25,598 nt of DNA from assembly GCF_020969955.1 (NCBI RefSeq), contig NZ_JAHDSX010000034.1:1-25598 (forward strand), read 5' to 3'. The position numbers and the translations under genes are program-made. Position 1 is the stretch's first letter. Each line of letters begins with the position of its first letter. Source of the DNA: Allobaculum fili. GTDB lineage: Bacteria > Bacillota_I > Bacilli_A > Erysipelotrichales > Erysipelotrichaceae. Shown here in pieces: positions 1-7,931 of this stretch. The notes beneath the pieces were generated by a model. It had not been told where the DNA came from. It made no database searches and saw only the letters and a list, made by a program, of their open reading frames with translations.

Positions 1-50
1 ACTTTGGAGAAATCGATACCGAGATCGATTGCAGGGATGATTGATTCCAT
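1..50 (-). CDS. 5' end of an unidentified CDS that runs off the left edge (MESIIPAIDLGIDFSK...)
   Basis: The ATG (complement of 48-50) follows an AAGGAGG (complement of 58-64) by about 7 nt. Only 16 codons are visible, so no family can be assigned. Confidence 0.35.
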   Translation of the reverse strand, partial: MESIIPAIDLGIDFSK

Positions 51-154
51 GAAAAAGCCTCCTTGAATAAAGGAATTATCCCAAGGAGGCGGTCGAGAAA
101 ATACCCGTCTTTTATTTGACGCTTACACTCTTCCCCTTTTTTTGCGAACGCTTT

Positions 155-204
155 GAGACAGAAAACCGCGTCCCGCAAAGCTCATGGCTTTAAAGGACGC
201 GGTT
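155..204 (-). terminator. Rho-independent terminator downstream of the GH2 gene
   Basis: A 10-bp stem pairs aaccgcgtcc (164-173) with ggacgcggtt (195-204), with an inner 5-bp helix (177-181/187-191). On the minus strand it is followed by UUUUCUGUCUC. Confidence 0.6.
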
Positions 205-256
205 CGTGTTTAGATTCCGTTTCTCTCAAAGATCGGAGAAAGGACAAAGCATTTCT

Positions 257-3200
257 TTACTTCAGAGAGTCAAGCTTGCCTGCAGAAGGGGTAAGACGCA
301 GATCGAGCATCGCCTGGTTGAGCGCATCGGCTTTCTGATCAATATCTGCCTGATGAGAGGCTTTGTTATCGATGGCTTTTGCGGCATCCAGAGCGGATGT
401 GAATGCAGAAGCGGATTTAAACTCGCTGGCATTCAGTTTGCCCGCCTCATCGATTGCGGTATGGAGGAGACTGTAATCCAGATTTGTTTCCACAACATCT
501 TCTTCACCAGTCAGACGCATTTCGAGACCGCACGCAAATACGTAGGACTGATCCGACATACTTTCTACCGCATACAGACGAACTTTCGTCGTTTTCACCG
601 GTGCAAAGGAAGCGTTCTTCCAGCCGTCGGTTGCTGCCCAGCTGCCAGTAGTTACGGTTTTCCATTCGCCGTTTTCATCGAGAACATCAATGCGATATTT
701 GGTAATTCTTCCATTATCGCCGCCGGTCATTCTTGGCAGATAGCGCAGACCGTCGACCATGTAGTCGCCGTCGATCGCGAACTCTGCCCAGAGGTCGTCA
801 CGGTTGGTTCCCTTGTAACTGGAATGCCAGTCTGTGGACGTATTGTTATCGAGCAGACGTTCTGGTCCATGGTTAGGTTCGGTTGAGCCGGCTGCTGCGG
901 TCAGCTTTTCAACCGGAATATCTCTGGAATCGTCTTCTGGATCCATAACTCCAAACAGGATGGTGTATTTCGAAATCTTGCTTCCGTCTTCGGCTTCAAC
1001 GAGGATCACCTGTTTCTTGTTTTCAGCCGGAAGCATTGTAACGGCACCGTTGCCTTTGGACACCGCTTCAACGGCAGCGGTCTGTTTGGACGTCGGGATT
1101 TCCTTAGAAGCGAGGAGATCTGCCGAAACCGCGGTTCCGTCAATCGTCAGGGTGTCCAGTTCTGCCGCCTGGTTTACAACGAGCGTGCTGGTAAAGCCGA
1201 ACTGTTCCACTTCCGTAATGGCCGTGCACGGGTTGTTTCCGTTCGGCTTCTTCGTTGCGGTGTTGGTTACGGTCATGCGCAGATACGTGTAGCGCGTCGG
1301 CGCAAAGTCATAGGTATAGCACTTAACATTATTTACTTCATCGCCGATCGTTTCTTTCACCGTCAGCTCAGTCCAGTCGGTACCATTCTCACTGATTTCA
1401 AAGGCTGTTGTATTGGCATCCGGGTAGGAAGCAGACCAGCTGTCCTGAGAGAAGTGAACTTTGATCTGTCCAACCGCCTGCTGCGTATCGTATCGGAACG
1501 TGATCTGGGCCGTGTTATTTTCCGGTGTGGTGTAGCAGTAGTCATAGTTGGACCAGATGGATGTGTTCGGTCCGCCGCTCACATCCTGCTTCACGGTGCT
1601 TCCGTCAATAATGGCTTCCAGCGTATCGCTCTGCTTGTCCTCTGGAATGTTCTGGCTCAGATGAGCTGCTCCAGAAATACTGTCGCCAAGCGTCACGGTT
1701 GCATTCGCAACACGGACAAACGCTTTGACAGGAACAGACTGACCAAATACACTGGCCGTTCCGGGAATAACCAAATTGCCTGCTTCTGCAAAGGCGGAAT
1801 CGTCTGGCATCTGCCAGTCTACCGCAAAGCTTGCATCCAGAATTTCGCCATCGTTCAGAACCGCGCGGCGGCTTTCCGGAAGTACTGGAACCGTTCCTTT
1901 GGAAACGGCTGTCGATACGTTCAGAAGAGCAGCCACCTGATCGATGACATAGACGCTTACCGAAACTGTATGGCCTTCTGCCGTTCCGCTTACAGTAAAG
2001 TTGCCGGATTCAGCTACCTGGTCGTCCGTAATCGTATCCCAGGTCACGGCCACATTCTCAGAGGTGCCGTCTGCATAATTCGCTTTAACGGCAGATGGAA
2101 GAACGGGTTTTTCCCCTTTCTTCACATAGTAGTTGCGGGAGTATTCAAAACTGCTCAGCGCTTCGCCGCCTCCACCTTCAACTTCGCTCGCATTGAGCAT
2201 GATCGTCTTGGATTCAAGACCGTCAGCGGATGCGGTCACTTTAATGTCTCCGGCTTTTCCGTTGGAACGGATGATGGCGACAAGCTGACCCGCCTGCGCT
2301 TTTCGGTTGTCGTCGCGATAGCTCTGCTGATCCGGCTGAACACCGTTATCGAGAGCAGCCAGTTCACCGGCGCCTTCTACGCGAACCGTGACTTTATTTT
2401 TTGCGGAAGGAACAATCCGTCCTTCAGAATCGGTAATATCAATCGTTACATAGGACAGATCGACACCGTCGCCTGCAATATTCGGACGATCGGCTGTCAT
2501 ATCGATTGCCGATGCCGCGCCGGTTGTTTCTACAGAACTGCGGCCAACCGTTTCCGTTGTGATTGGATTTCCGGACTTGTCGTAGGCAACAGCTTCAATC
2601 TTGCCGTTCGCATACGGAACCTTCCAGGTGCGATACAGATTGCGGTGGGTTGTGCTCTCCTTATCGCTTCCCTCATACATCTGGTAGGTGTAACCAGCGG
2701 CTGTCGTATGCTCCGTCATGGTTTTCTTGCCCAGAGACTGACGTGTCGTGCTTCCAGCCGCTGTAAAGAACAGTTCGACTGTCGGTGCATCGGAATATAC
2801 AACGACCGGAACATCTCCGTTTCCGTTATTGACAACTACATCTTTATTCCATGCGGGGAGAACATGAAGTGTTGTTTCGTGGTCATTCCAGAGACTCTGA
2901 TACAGGTAGTAGTTGTCTTTGGGCAGACCCGCGGTATCCACAATGCCGAAGTAGGAGTTTTTCGGCGAACGGTTACCGTCGGTAAATCCAGTACCTACTC
3001 CATTTTTTGGCGTCGGTTCGCCGAGATAGTCGAAGCCGGTCCAGACAAATTCGCCGCCGTTGTAGTCGTTGGTGATAACGGTATACCAGGAGTCGCTCGC
3101 TGTATGGCCCCATCCGACCGCGGAATAATCATAGCTGGTCAGAAGATTGTCCGCGTTGAGCGCACCGCTAGAGAGTACGTTGTATACGCCGCGGGAATTG

Positions 3201-4900
3201 ATATGGGACGCCGTTTCGCCTCCGTACACTTTCCAGGTTGGATTCTGGCTTCGTTTGGAGTTGTACTGCGATGTGACGGTGTAGTTAAAGCCGATCAGAC
3301 CGCCTCTGTTTGCGATCGCGTTGGCTACCGCGTCTTCCTGCGTTCCGCTTTTCAGACGGTTTCCGCCAAACGTAAGGAACTGTCCGGTATCGTTGGCTTC
3401 GACCACATCCATAATCGCATTGGCCAGTCGGGCACTCTGCGCGCTCCAGTCGTAGGACCCTTCAAAAATTTCATTGCCGAGCGAATACATGAGGACAGAC
3501 GCTTCGTTTCGGCTTTCCTGTACGGCAGCCCGGGTATCAAACTCGAACCACTTGTCATCCTCTTCTTTATTCAGAATTTCGTTGTCGGCGTCGACCGTCT
3601 GTTCAAAGAAGCGCGCATAGTCGTTGTAGTTGCCGTTCTTGGCACCGATCCAGCCGTCAAAAAGTTCATTGATGACCATGATGCCTTCGCGGCTGCACAC
3701 TTCAAGCAGGTAAGGATCAGCCGGGTTATGCGTCACGCGGATGGCGTTGGCTCCCATTTCCTTCAGGATCTGCACCTGACGCTCGATGGCGCGCTTTTCA
3801 GCGGCGGAACCTAAAGAACCCTGATCGTGGTGCATGCAGACGCCTTTAAACTTCATTTTTTCGCCGTTCAGCGAGAAGCCAGTGTCTTTGTCGTAAGAGT
3901 AGTAGCGGTAGCCGAAGGTCGTCTCGGTTGTATCAACAGTCTTGCCGCTTTCAACAACTTCGGTTTTCAGCGTATAGAGCGCTGCATGTTCGTCTTTGGC
4001 GAGATTGGTTTTCCAGAGTGTCGGGTTGTTAACCATGACATCCAGCGCAACATTCTGCTTTTCGCCGGCCGTCAGTGTTACATCTTTCGATGCTGTACCA
4101 ACCGCATTGCCGCTTCCGTCAAGTACGGTCTGTTTTACGGTAATCGTTTTGGAAGCGCTGGAATCGTTGACGATATCTGCAGCCGCATGCGTTGTTACAT
4201 TGCCGCCTTTTTCGGTCTCCAGGTTTGGGGTCGTTACCGCAATGCCGTCATAGCCGACATGAACGTCATCCGTAATCGTCAGCGTAACGTCACGGTAAAT
4301 ACCGCTTCCGGAATACCAGCGGGAAGACGGAGTCTGATGGTTTACACGTACAGCCAGTACGTTTTCGCCATCTTTATTGAGGTAATCGGTCAGATCAAAG
4401 GCAAAACCGGTGTAGCCATAGGGGTGGCCGCCGAGTTTGTGTCCGTTGATGTACACTTCGCAGTCCATGTAAACGCCGTTGAATTCGACAACCATGCGTT
4501 TATTAAAGTCTGGGGCAACGGTGAATACCTTGCGGTACCAGCCCACGCCGCCGAGCTTATAGCCGCTCTCGGCTTCACCGGCCGGAGTATAGTCCTGGTC
4601 GATGGAATAGTCATGCGGAAGGTTTACGCTGTCCCATTTGGAGTCGTCAAAGCTGCTGTTCTGGGCATTCGCCGGGTCGGATAAGGTGAACTTCCAGTTT
4701 GCATTCAGGTTCACGGTTCGCTTATCGGAATCGATCACGCTTACAGGAACAACTTCAGGTTCGGACACCATCTGATTGGAATCCGAGTTTGCTTCTTCAG
4801 CAGACACAGGCAGAACCATCTGCATCGAGACGGAACTCATCGCCATCATTCCGCCAAGCAGACTTCCGCCAATGCGTCGAAGCCATTTCGTATTTTTCAT
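257..4900 (-). CDS. Secreted multidomain glycoside hydrolase family 2 (beta-galactosidase-like) with Ig-like, F5/8-type-C-like and FIVAR-like accessory modules, 1547 aa
   Basis: The ORF spans 257..4984. I moved the start to the ATG at 4900 (MKNTKWLRR...), which follows a GAGGAAAAAAG ribosome-binding site. The signal peptide ends ...LPVSA/EE. GH2 core motifs are present (NWKF, WYSGSGIYRDV, VTHNP, INELFDGW, SLGNEI). The C-terminal ~900 aa contain repeated beta-rich modules. Confidence 0.9.
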   Translation of the reverse strand: MKNTKWLRRIGGSLLGGMMAMSSVSMQMVLPVSAEEANSDSNQMVSEPEVVPVSVIDSDKRTVNLNANWKFTLSDPANAQNSSFDDSKWDSVNLPHDYSIDQDYTPAGEAESGYKLGGVGWYRKVFTVAPDFNKRMVVEFNGVYMDCEVYINGHKLGGHPYGYTGFAFDLTDYLNKDGENVLAVRVNHQTPSSRWYSGSGIYRDVTLTITDDVHVGYDGIAVTTPNLETEKGGNVTTHAAADIVNDSSASKTITVKQTVLDGSGNAVGTASKDVTLTAGEKQNVALDVMVNNPTLWKTNLAKDEHAALYTLKTEVVESGKTVDTTETTFGYRYYSYDKDTGFSLNGEKMKFKGVCMHHDQGSLGSAAEKRAIERQVQILKEMGANAIRVTHNPADPYLLEVCSREGIMVINELFDGWIGAKNGNYNDYARFFEQTVDADNEILNKEEDDKWFEFDTRAAVQESRNEASVLMYSLGNEIFEGSYDWSAQSARLANAIMDVVEANDTGQFLTFGGNRLKSGTQEDAVANAIANRGGLIGFNYTVTSQYNSKRSQNPTWKVYGGETASHINSRGVYNVLSSGALNADNLLTSYDYSAVGWGHTASDSWYTVITNDYNGGEFVWTGFDYLGEPTPKNGVGTGFTDGNRSPKNSYFGIVDTAGLPKDNYYLYQSLWNDHETTLHVLPAWNKDVVVNNGNGDVPVVVYSDAPTVELFFTAAGSTTRQSLGKKTMTEHTTAAGYTYQMYEGSDKESTTHRNLYRTWKVPYANGKIEAVAYDKSGNPITTETVGRSSVETTGAASAIDMTADRPNIAGDGVDLSYVTIDITDSEGRIVPSAKNKVTVRVEGAGELAALDNGVQPDQQSYRDDNRKAQAGQLVAIIRSNGKAGDIKVTASADGLESKTIMLNASEVEGGGGEALSSFEYSRNYYVKKGEKPVLPSAVKANYADGTSENVAVTWDTITDDQVAESGNFTVSGTAEGHTVSVSVYVIDQVAALLNVSTAVSKGTVPVLPESRRAVLNDGEILDASFAVDWQMPDDSAFAEAGNLVIPGTASVFGQSVPVKAFVRVANATVTLGDSISGAAHLSQNIPEDKQSDTLEAIIDGSTVKQDVSGGPNTSIWSNYDYCYTTPENNTAQITFRYDTQQAVGQIKVHFSQDSWSASYPDANTTAFEISENGTDWTELTVKETIGDEVNNVKCYTYDFAPTRYTYLRMTVTNTATKKPNGNNPCTAITEVEQFGFTSTLVVNQAAELDTLTIDGTAVSADLLASKEIPTSKQTAAVEAVSKGNGAVTMLPAENKKQVILVEAEDGSKISKYTILFGVMDPEDDSRDIPVEKLTAAAGSTEPNHGPERLLDNNTSTDWHSSYKGTNRDDLWAEFAIDGDYMVDGLRYLPRMTGGDNGRITKYRIDVLDENGEWKTVTTGSWAATDGWKNASFAPVKTTKVRLYAVESMSDQSYVFACGLEMRLTGEEDVVETNLDYSLLHTAIDEAGKLNASEFKSASAFTSALDAAKAIDNKASHQADIDQKADALNQAMLDLRLTPSAGKLDSLK

Positions 4901-4960
4901 CTTTTTTCCTCTTTTTTGTCCCAATCCGTACAAATCTTGATCGGGCACTTCAACGTTTTT

Positions 4961-4989
4961 ATTATAAAAGAATCTTAATCGCAAATGAA
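4961..4989 (-). promoter_or_regulatory. Candidate sigma-A promoter of the GH2 gene
   Basis: On the minus strand there is a perfect TATAAT (4966-4961) and a weak -35 TTCATT (4989-4984) with a 17-nt spacer, about 60 nt upstream of the ATG. Confidence 0.35.
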
Positions 4990-5201
4990 AGCCCTTTTAA
5001 AGCTCCCTATGTTCATTTGGACGGTGACAGCCAGACTGTTTCGTACTCAGGATCGGTGCCGGATCCAGAAGATCTTGGTCCGGATAACGCGCTGCCGGCG
5101 CTTCCTTTTTCCTTTTATTCCCCTCGGGGAAAGCCTCTGGAAAGCCTGTATTTTTCAAAAAGGGCGGACGTCATTTTATTTTTGAATTTGTGTCTTTAGA
5201 G

Positions 5202-5229
5202 TTGTCAACGGGTGAAGGTTTGCTATAAT
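5202..5229 (+). promoter_or_regulatory. Promoter of the tRNA operon
   Basis: TTGTCA (5202-5207), a 16-nt spacer, then the extended -10 TGcTATAAT (5221-5229), about 20 nt upstream of the first tRNA. Confidence 0.6.
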
Positions 5230-5249
5230 AGACCATGCGTTAACGAAGT

Positions 5250-5326
<77 letters not shown>

Positions 5327-5333
5327 TTTTTAT

Positions 5334-5410
5334 CGGGACGTAGCACAGCTTGGTAGTGCACTTGCATGGGGTGCAAGGGGTCGCAGGTTCAAATCCTGTC
5401 GTCCCGACCA
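5334..5410 (+). tRNA. tRNA-Pro (anticodon GGG)
   Basis: Acceptor CGGGACG/CGTCCCG, anticodon stem CTTGC/GCAAG with loop ATGGGGT (G37), T-loop TTCAAAT, and encoded CCA. Confidence 0.88.
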
Positions 5411-5428
5411 TTTTCATCTTTATATTTT

Positions 5429-5505
5429 GGCTAGGTAGCTTAGTTGGCTAGAGCATCCGGTTCATACCCGGAAGGTCGTGAGTTCGAGTCTCACCCTAGC
5501 CACCA
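5429..5505 (+). tRNA. tRNA-Met, elongator (anticodon CAT)
   Basis: Acceptor GGCTAGG/CCTAGCC, anticodon loop TTCATAC (the elongator-Met pattern), T-loop TTCGAGT, and encoded CCA. Confidence 0.85.
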
Positions 5506-5518
5506 TTTTCATTTTTAT

Positions 5519-5609
5519 GGAGAAGTACCCAAGTGGTTGAAGGGTCCGGTCTTGAAAACCGGTAGGTCGCGCAAGCGGCGCCAGGGTTCGAATCCCTGCT
5601 TCTCCGCCA
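5519..5609 (+). tRNA. tRNA-Ser (anticodon TGA), class II with a long variable arm
   Basis: Acceptor GGAGAAG/CTTCTCC, anticodon stem CCGGT/ACCGG with loop CTTGAAA, a long variable arm (GGTCGCGCAAGCGGCGCC), T-loop TTCGAAT, and CCA. Confidence 0.9.
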
Positions 5610-5616
5610 TACATAT

Positions 5617-5693
<77 letters not shown>

Positions 5694-5702
5694 GAACAGT
5701 TC

Positions 5703-5734
5703 CTGACCTGAGAATACTCAGGTCAGTTTTTTTT
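5703..5734 (+). terminator. Rho-independent terminator of the tRNA operon
   Basis: A perfect 10-bp stem pairs ctgacctgag (5703-5712) with ctcaggtcag (5717-5726) around a 4-nt loop, followed by T8 (5727-5734). Confidence 0.9.
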
Positions 5735-6097
5735 ATGCACTTTTGCCATCCCTGCTCTGCCTTTCGGTCTGGCCTTCTTTTTTGCCGCTTTCGAATGTCG
5801 CGCCGCTCTGTTTCCTTTGACAGGCTGGCGAACCTTTCCGGTGCGCATGCCGACCTTCCTGTTTTCTGGTGCCTGACTGGATTGCAATTTGGACAAAGCG
5901 AGAGTCGTTCTGGACTTTCTGGTTATTTTGATCAATCTGTTCAGATTTGGGGCAAAAGGGGTGCTCATGGATACGCTGTTCTTCGGCACTTCATATGTGA
6001 TTCCTTCATTTTTTGTTAACATGTATCTGATCCGGATACCGTTTTTTGACGGTTCCGCAGCCAGCAGCATAAACAGAGAAAGGGTTCAGGTGAGTGT

Positions 6098-7021
6098 ATG
6101 GATCTCAAAGCGTGTCAGTATTTTTTATCCATTATTGAAGCCGGCAGCATGAACAAAGCGGCCAAAGTCCTGAATCTGACCCAGCCGACATTAAGCCGCC
6201 AGATCCAGAAGCTGGAAGAAGATCTTGGCGCCCCGCTTTTTGAGCGGCAGGCGAAGTCTCTGCATCTGACCCGGGAAGGTCTGATGTTCGCGCGCCGCGC
6301 CCAGGAAATGCTGGATCTGGAAAAACGGACGATGAAAGAACTTCAGTCTTTTGATGACCCGATCGCGGGCGAACTGATCATCGGCTGCGGCGAATTTGCG
6401 GCAACCGATGAACTCATTCAGATCGCCGCGCGCTTCCAGAAACTGTATCCCGGCGTACGTCTTCAGTTTGTGACCGGCAACGGAACGACGATCCGCGAAA
6501 TGATCGACCACGGTCTGGCCGATCTTGGACTCTTCATGCTTCCTACATGTCTGGACGGGTACAAAACGCTCTGCTGGAAACAGCGGGAAAGCTGGGGTGC
6601 AATTCTGAAAAGCGATGATCCGCTCTGCGAAAAGGAAGTCATCACGCCGGAAGATCTTGCCGGCCAGCCCCTGATTCTGCCGTATCGCCAGGAAATCCGA
6701 ACCCAGATTCTTTCCTGGCTTCACAAAACCGAACGCTGCATCCGCTATGCGGGCAGTTCCTCGCTGTCTTCCACATGCGCTCTCATGGTCCGCAACGGCA
6801 TTGGCATTGGTTTAAGCATTGCCAATGTGCCCGCCTACGATCATCCGGACCTGAAAGTTCTTCCGCTTTCGCCGGCGATGTCTTCCTGTCTGACCATTGC
6901 CTGGAAGGAACGCTTTCCGCAGCCGCCTTTAATGGATAAGTTTCTGACATATCTTACCAGCGAAGGCGTAACGTGTTCGTGTCCTTCACAGACCGAATGC
7001 AGCGAAGATTCGTCCCGCTGA
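6098..7021 (+). CDS. LysR-family transcriptional regulator (LTTR), 307 aa
   Basis: The N-terminal winged HTH reads FLSIIEAGSMNKAAKVLNLTQPTLSRQIQKLEEDLGAPLFER, followed by a periplasmic-binding-protein-like effector domain. An AGGTGAG ribosome-binding site lies 4-5 nt before the ATG. Confidence 0.93.
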   Translation: MDLKACQYFLSIIEAGSMNKAAKVLNLTQPTLSRQIQKLEEDLGAPLFERQAKSLHLTREGLMFARRAQEMLDLEKRTMKELQSFDDPIAGELIIGCGEFAATDELIQIAARFQKLYPGVRLQFVTGNGTTIREMIDHGLADLGLFMLPTCLDGYKTLCWKQRESWGAILKSDDPLCEKEVITPEDLAGQPLILPYRQEIRTQILSWLHKTERCIRYAGSSSLSSTCALMVRNGIGIGLSIANVPAYDHPDLKVLPLSPAMSSCLTIAWKERFPQPPLMDKFLTYLTSEGVTCSCPSQTECSEDSSR

Positions 7022-7088
7022 GTGAAGACTTCATCTTCCTTTGCTCTGTCAAATGGATCTGTTTCTGTTCTTTTTCTGCATCGTTCAT

Positions 7089-7125
7089 AAAAGCCGCCAT
7101 CGATCCAAATGGCGGCTTTTCTATT
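7089..7125 (+). terminator. Rho-independent terminator after the LysR gene
   Basis: A 12-bp stem pairs aaaagccgccat (7089-7100) with atggcggctttt (7109-7120) around an 8-nt loop, with a T-rich tail. Confidence 0.8.
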
Positions 7126-7196
7126 GGCCTTTTAAACTGCAGATTATCTATAACGCTAATGCAATATTCGAATATAAAGATAGGTATTCATCTATA

Positions 7197-7222
7197 TTGA
7201 CATAAGGTGAGGGCAGGATAAT
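7197..7222 (+). promoter_or_regulatory. Candidate promoter for the flavodoxin/CMD-cupin genes
   Basis: TTGACA (7197-7202) and GATAAT/TAATAC (7217-7224). The spacer is short (14-16 nt), so confidence is moderate. Confidence 0.4.
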
Positions 7223-7305
7223 ACTGAAGTCAGAAAGAACAGAAGTACATCGAATGCGGACATGGGACAGAATGTCCAATCCGATCTGTTCTCTGGAGGT
7301 ATGCA

Positions 7306-7776
7306 ATGAACATTCAAATTGTTTATTTCTCTGCCAGCGGCATTACCGCCAAAGCGGCCAGACGGCTAGGCGATCTGACGAATTCGCCGGTTTTTGAAAT
7401 CGAACCGGCCGTTCCGTACACCGCCAGCGATCTCGACTGGACGAATAAAACGAGCCGTTCCACGCTCGAGATGAAAAAACCGATGGCACCCGTAGACGTC
7501 AAGACGCTTCCAGACCATCTGGATTGCGATACGCTGCTGATCGGATTCCCCGTATGGTGGTATCAGGCTCCTTCCATCATCAACACCTTCCTGAGCAAGG
7601 TGGATACAGCGGGAATGAAAGTGGCTCCCTTTATTACATCCGGCGGATCCGGCATGGAAGGCGTAGAAAGCCAGCTGGAGCGCAACTTCCCGAAAATTGA
7701 CTGGAAACAGGGCCTGCGCATCACGCCGCAGACGACAGACGCCCAGCTGAATGCGTGGATCGAAAGCCTGAACTAG
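7306..7776 (+). CDS. Flavodoxin-family protein (short Flavodoxin_4-like type), 156 aa
   Basis: Motifs include MNIQIVYFSASGIT..., PYTASDLDWTNKTSRS, LLIGFPVWWYQAPSII and PFITSGGSG. A GGAGG ribosome-binding site lies 7 nt upstream. Confidence 0.88.
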   Translation: MNIQIVYFSASGITAKAARRLGDLTNSPVFEIEPAVPYTASDLDWTNKTSRSTLEMKKPMAPVDVKTLPDHLDCDTLLIGFPVWWYQAPSIINTFLSKVDTAGMKVAPFITSGGSGMEGVESQLERNFPKIDWKQGLRITPQTTDAQLNAWIESLN

Positions 7777-7866
7777 CAAAGAGGCGCTCTCTGTATGCGT
7801 AAACGCATCGATTCGAAATCCAATTTTCGATTCCATGCCTGAGTCTCGATTTTGATCGACCCTGTT

Positions 7867-7894
7867 TTGTGAACTTGTATTTGTGAACTTGTTT
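7867..7894. repeat. Tandem 14-nt direct repeat ttgtgaacttgtat / ttgtgaacttgttt
   Basis: Two adjacent units share 13/14 identical positions, 38 nt upstream of the CMD-cupin start codon. Confidence 0.8.
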
Positions 7895-7931
7895 TTGCGA
7901 TTAATGAATCCGTTCAGGAAAGGACTTTATC

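Noticed and set aside
1454-3814. A 786-aa plus-strand ORF. The other long ORFs antisense to annotated genes are 206..886, 3827..4684, 7914..8618, 10440..11102, 14007..15251, 15353..16303, 18793..19704 and 23866..24768.
   Set aside because: Each lies opposite a CDS with clear family motifs. The translations are Arg/Cys/Gly-rich with no recognisable domains and no ribosome-binding site. These are typical shadow ORFs of a mid-GC genome.
4901-4984. N-terminal ORF extensions upstream of the chosen starts. These are GH2 4901-4984, HAD 9661-9852, rimO 13475-13522, UPF0104 18693-18740, thioesterase 21499-21615 and sugar transferase 23491-23559.
   Set aside because: In each case an internal ATG with a proper ribosome-binding site begins the recognisable family N-terminus (signal peptide, DxD motif, MKVGFVSLGC and so on). 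The extension lacks a ribosome-binding site and has implausible composition.
5723-6070. A 115-aa minus-strand ORF between the tRNA terminator and the LysR gene, with a very basic C-terminus (…KAAKKKARPKGRAGMAKVHKKN).
   Set aside because: None of its three in-frame ATGs (6070, 6022, 5968) has a ribosome-binding site. Its 3' end runs into the tRNA-operon terminator. 8 of 12 Arg codons are AGA/AGG, whereas the adjacent LysR gene mostly uses CGC/CGG. Two other ORFs overlap the same stretch. I cannot support it as a gene, although a small basic protein is not excluded.
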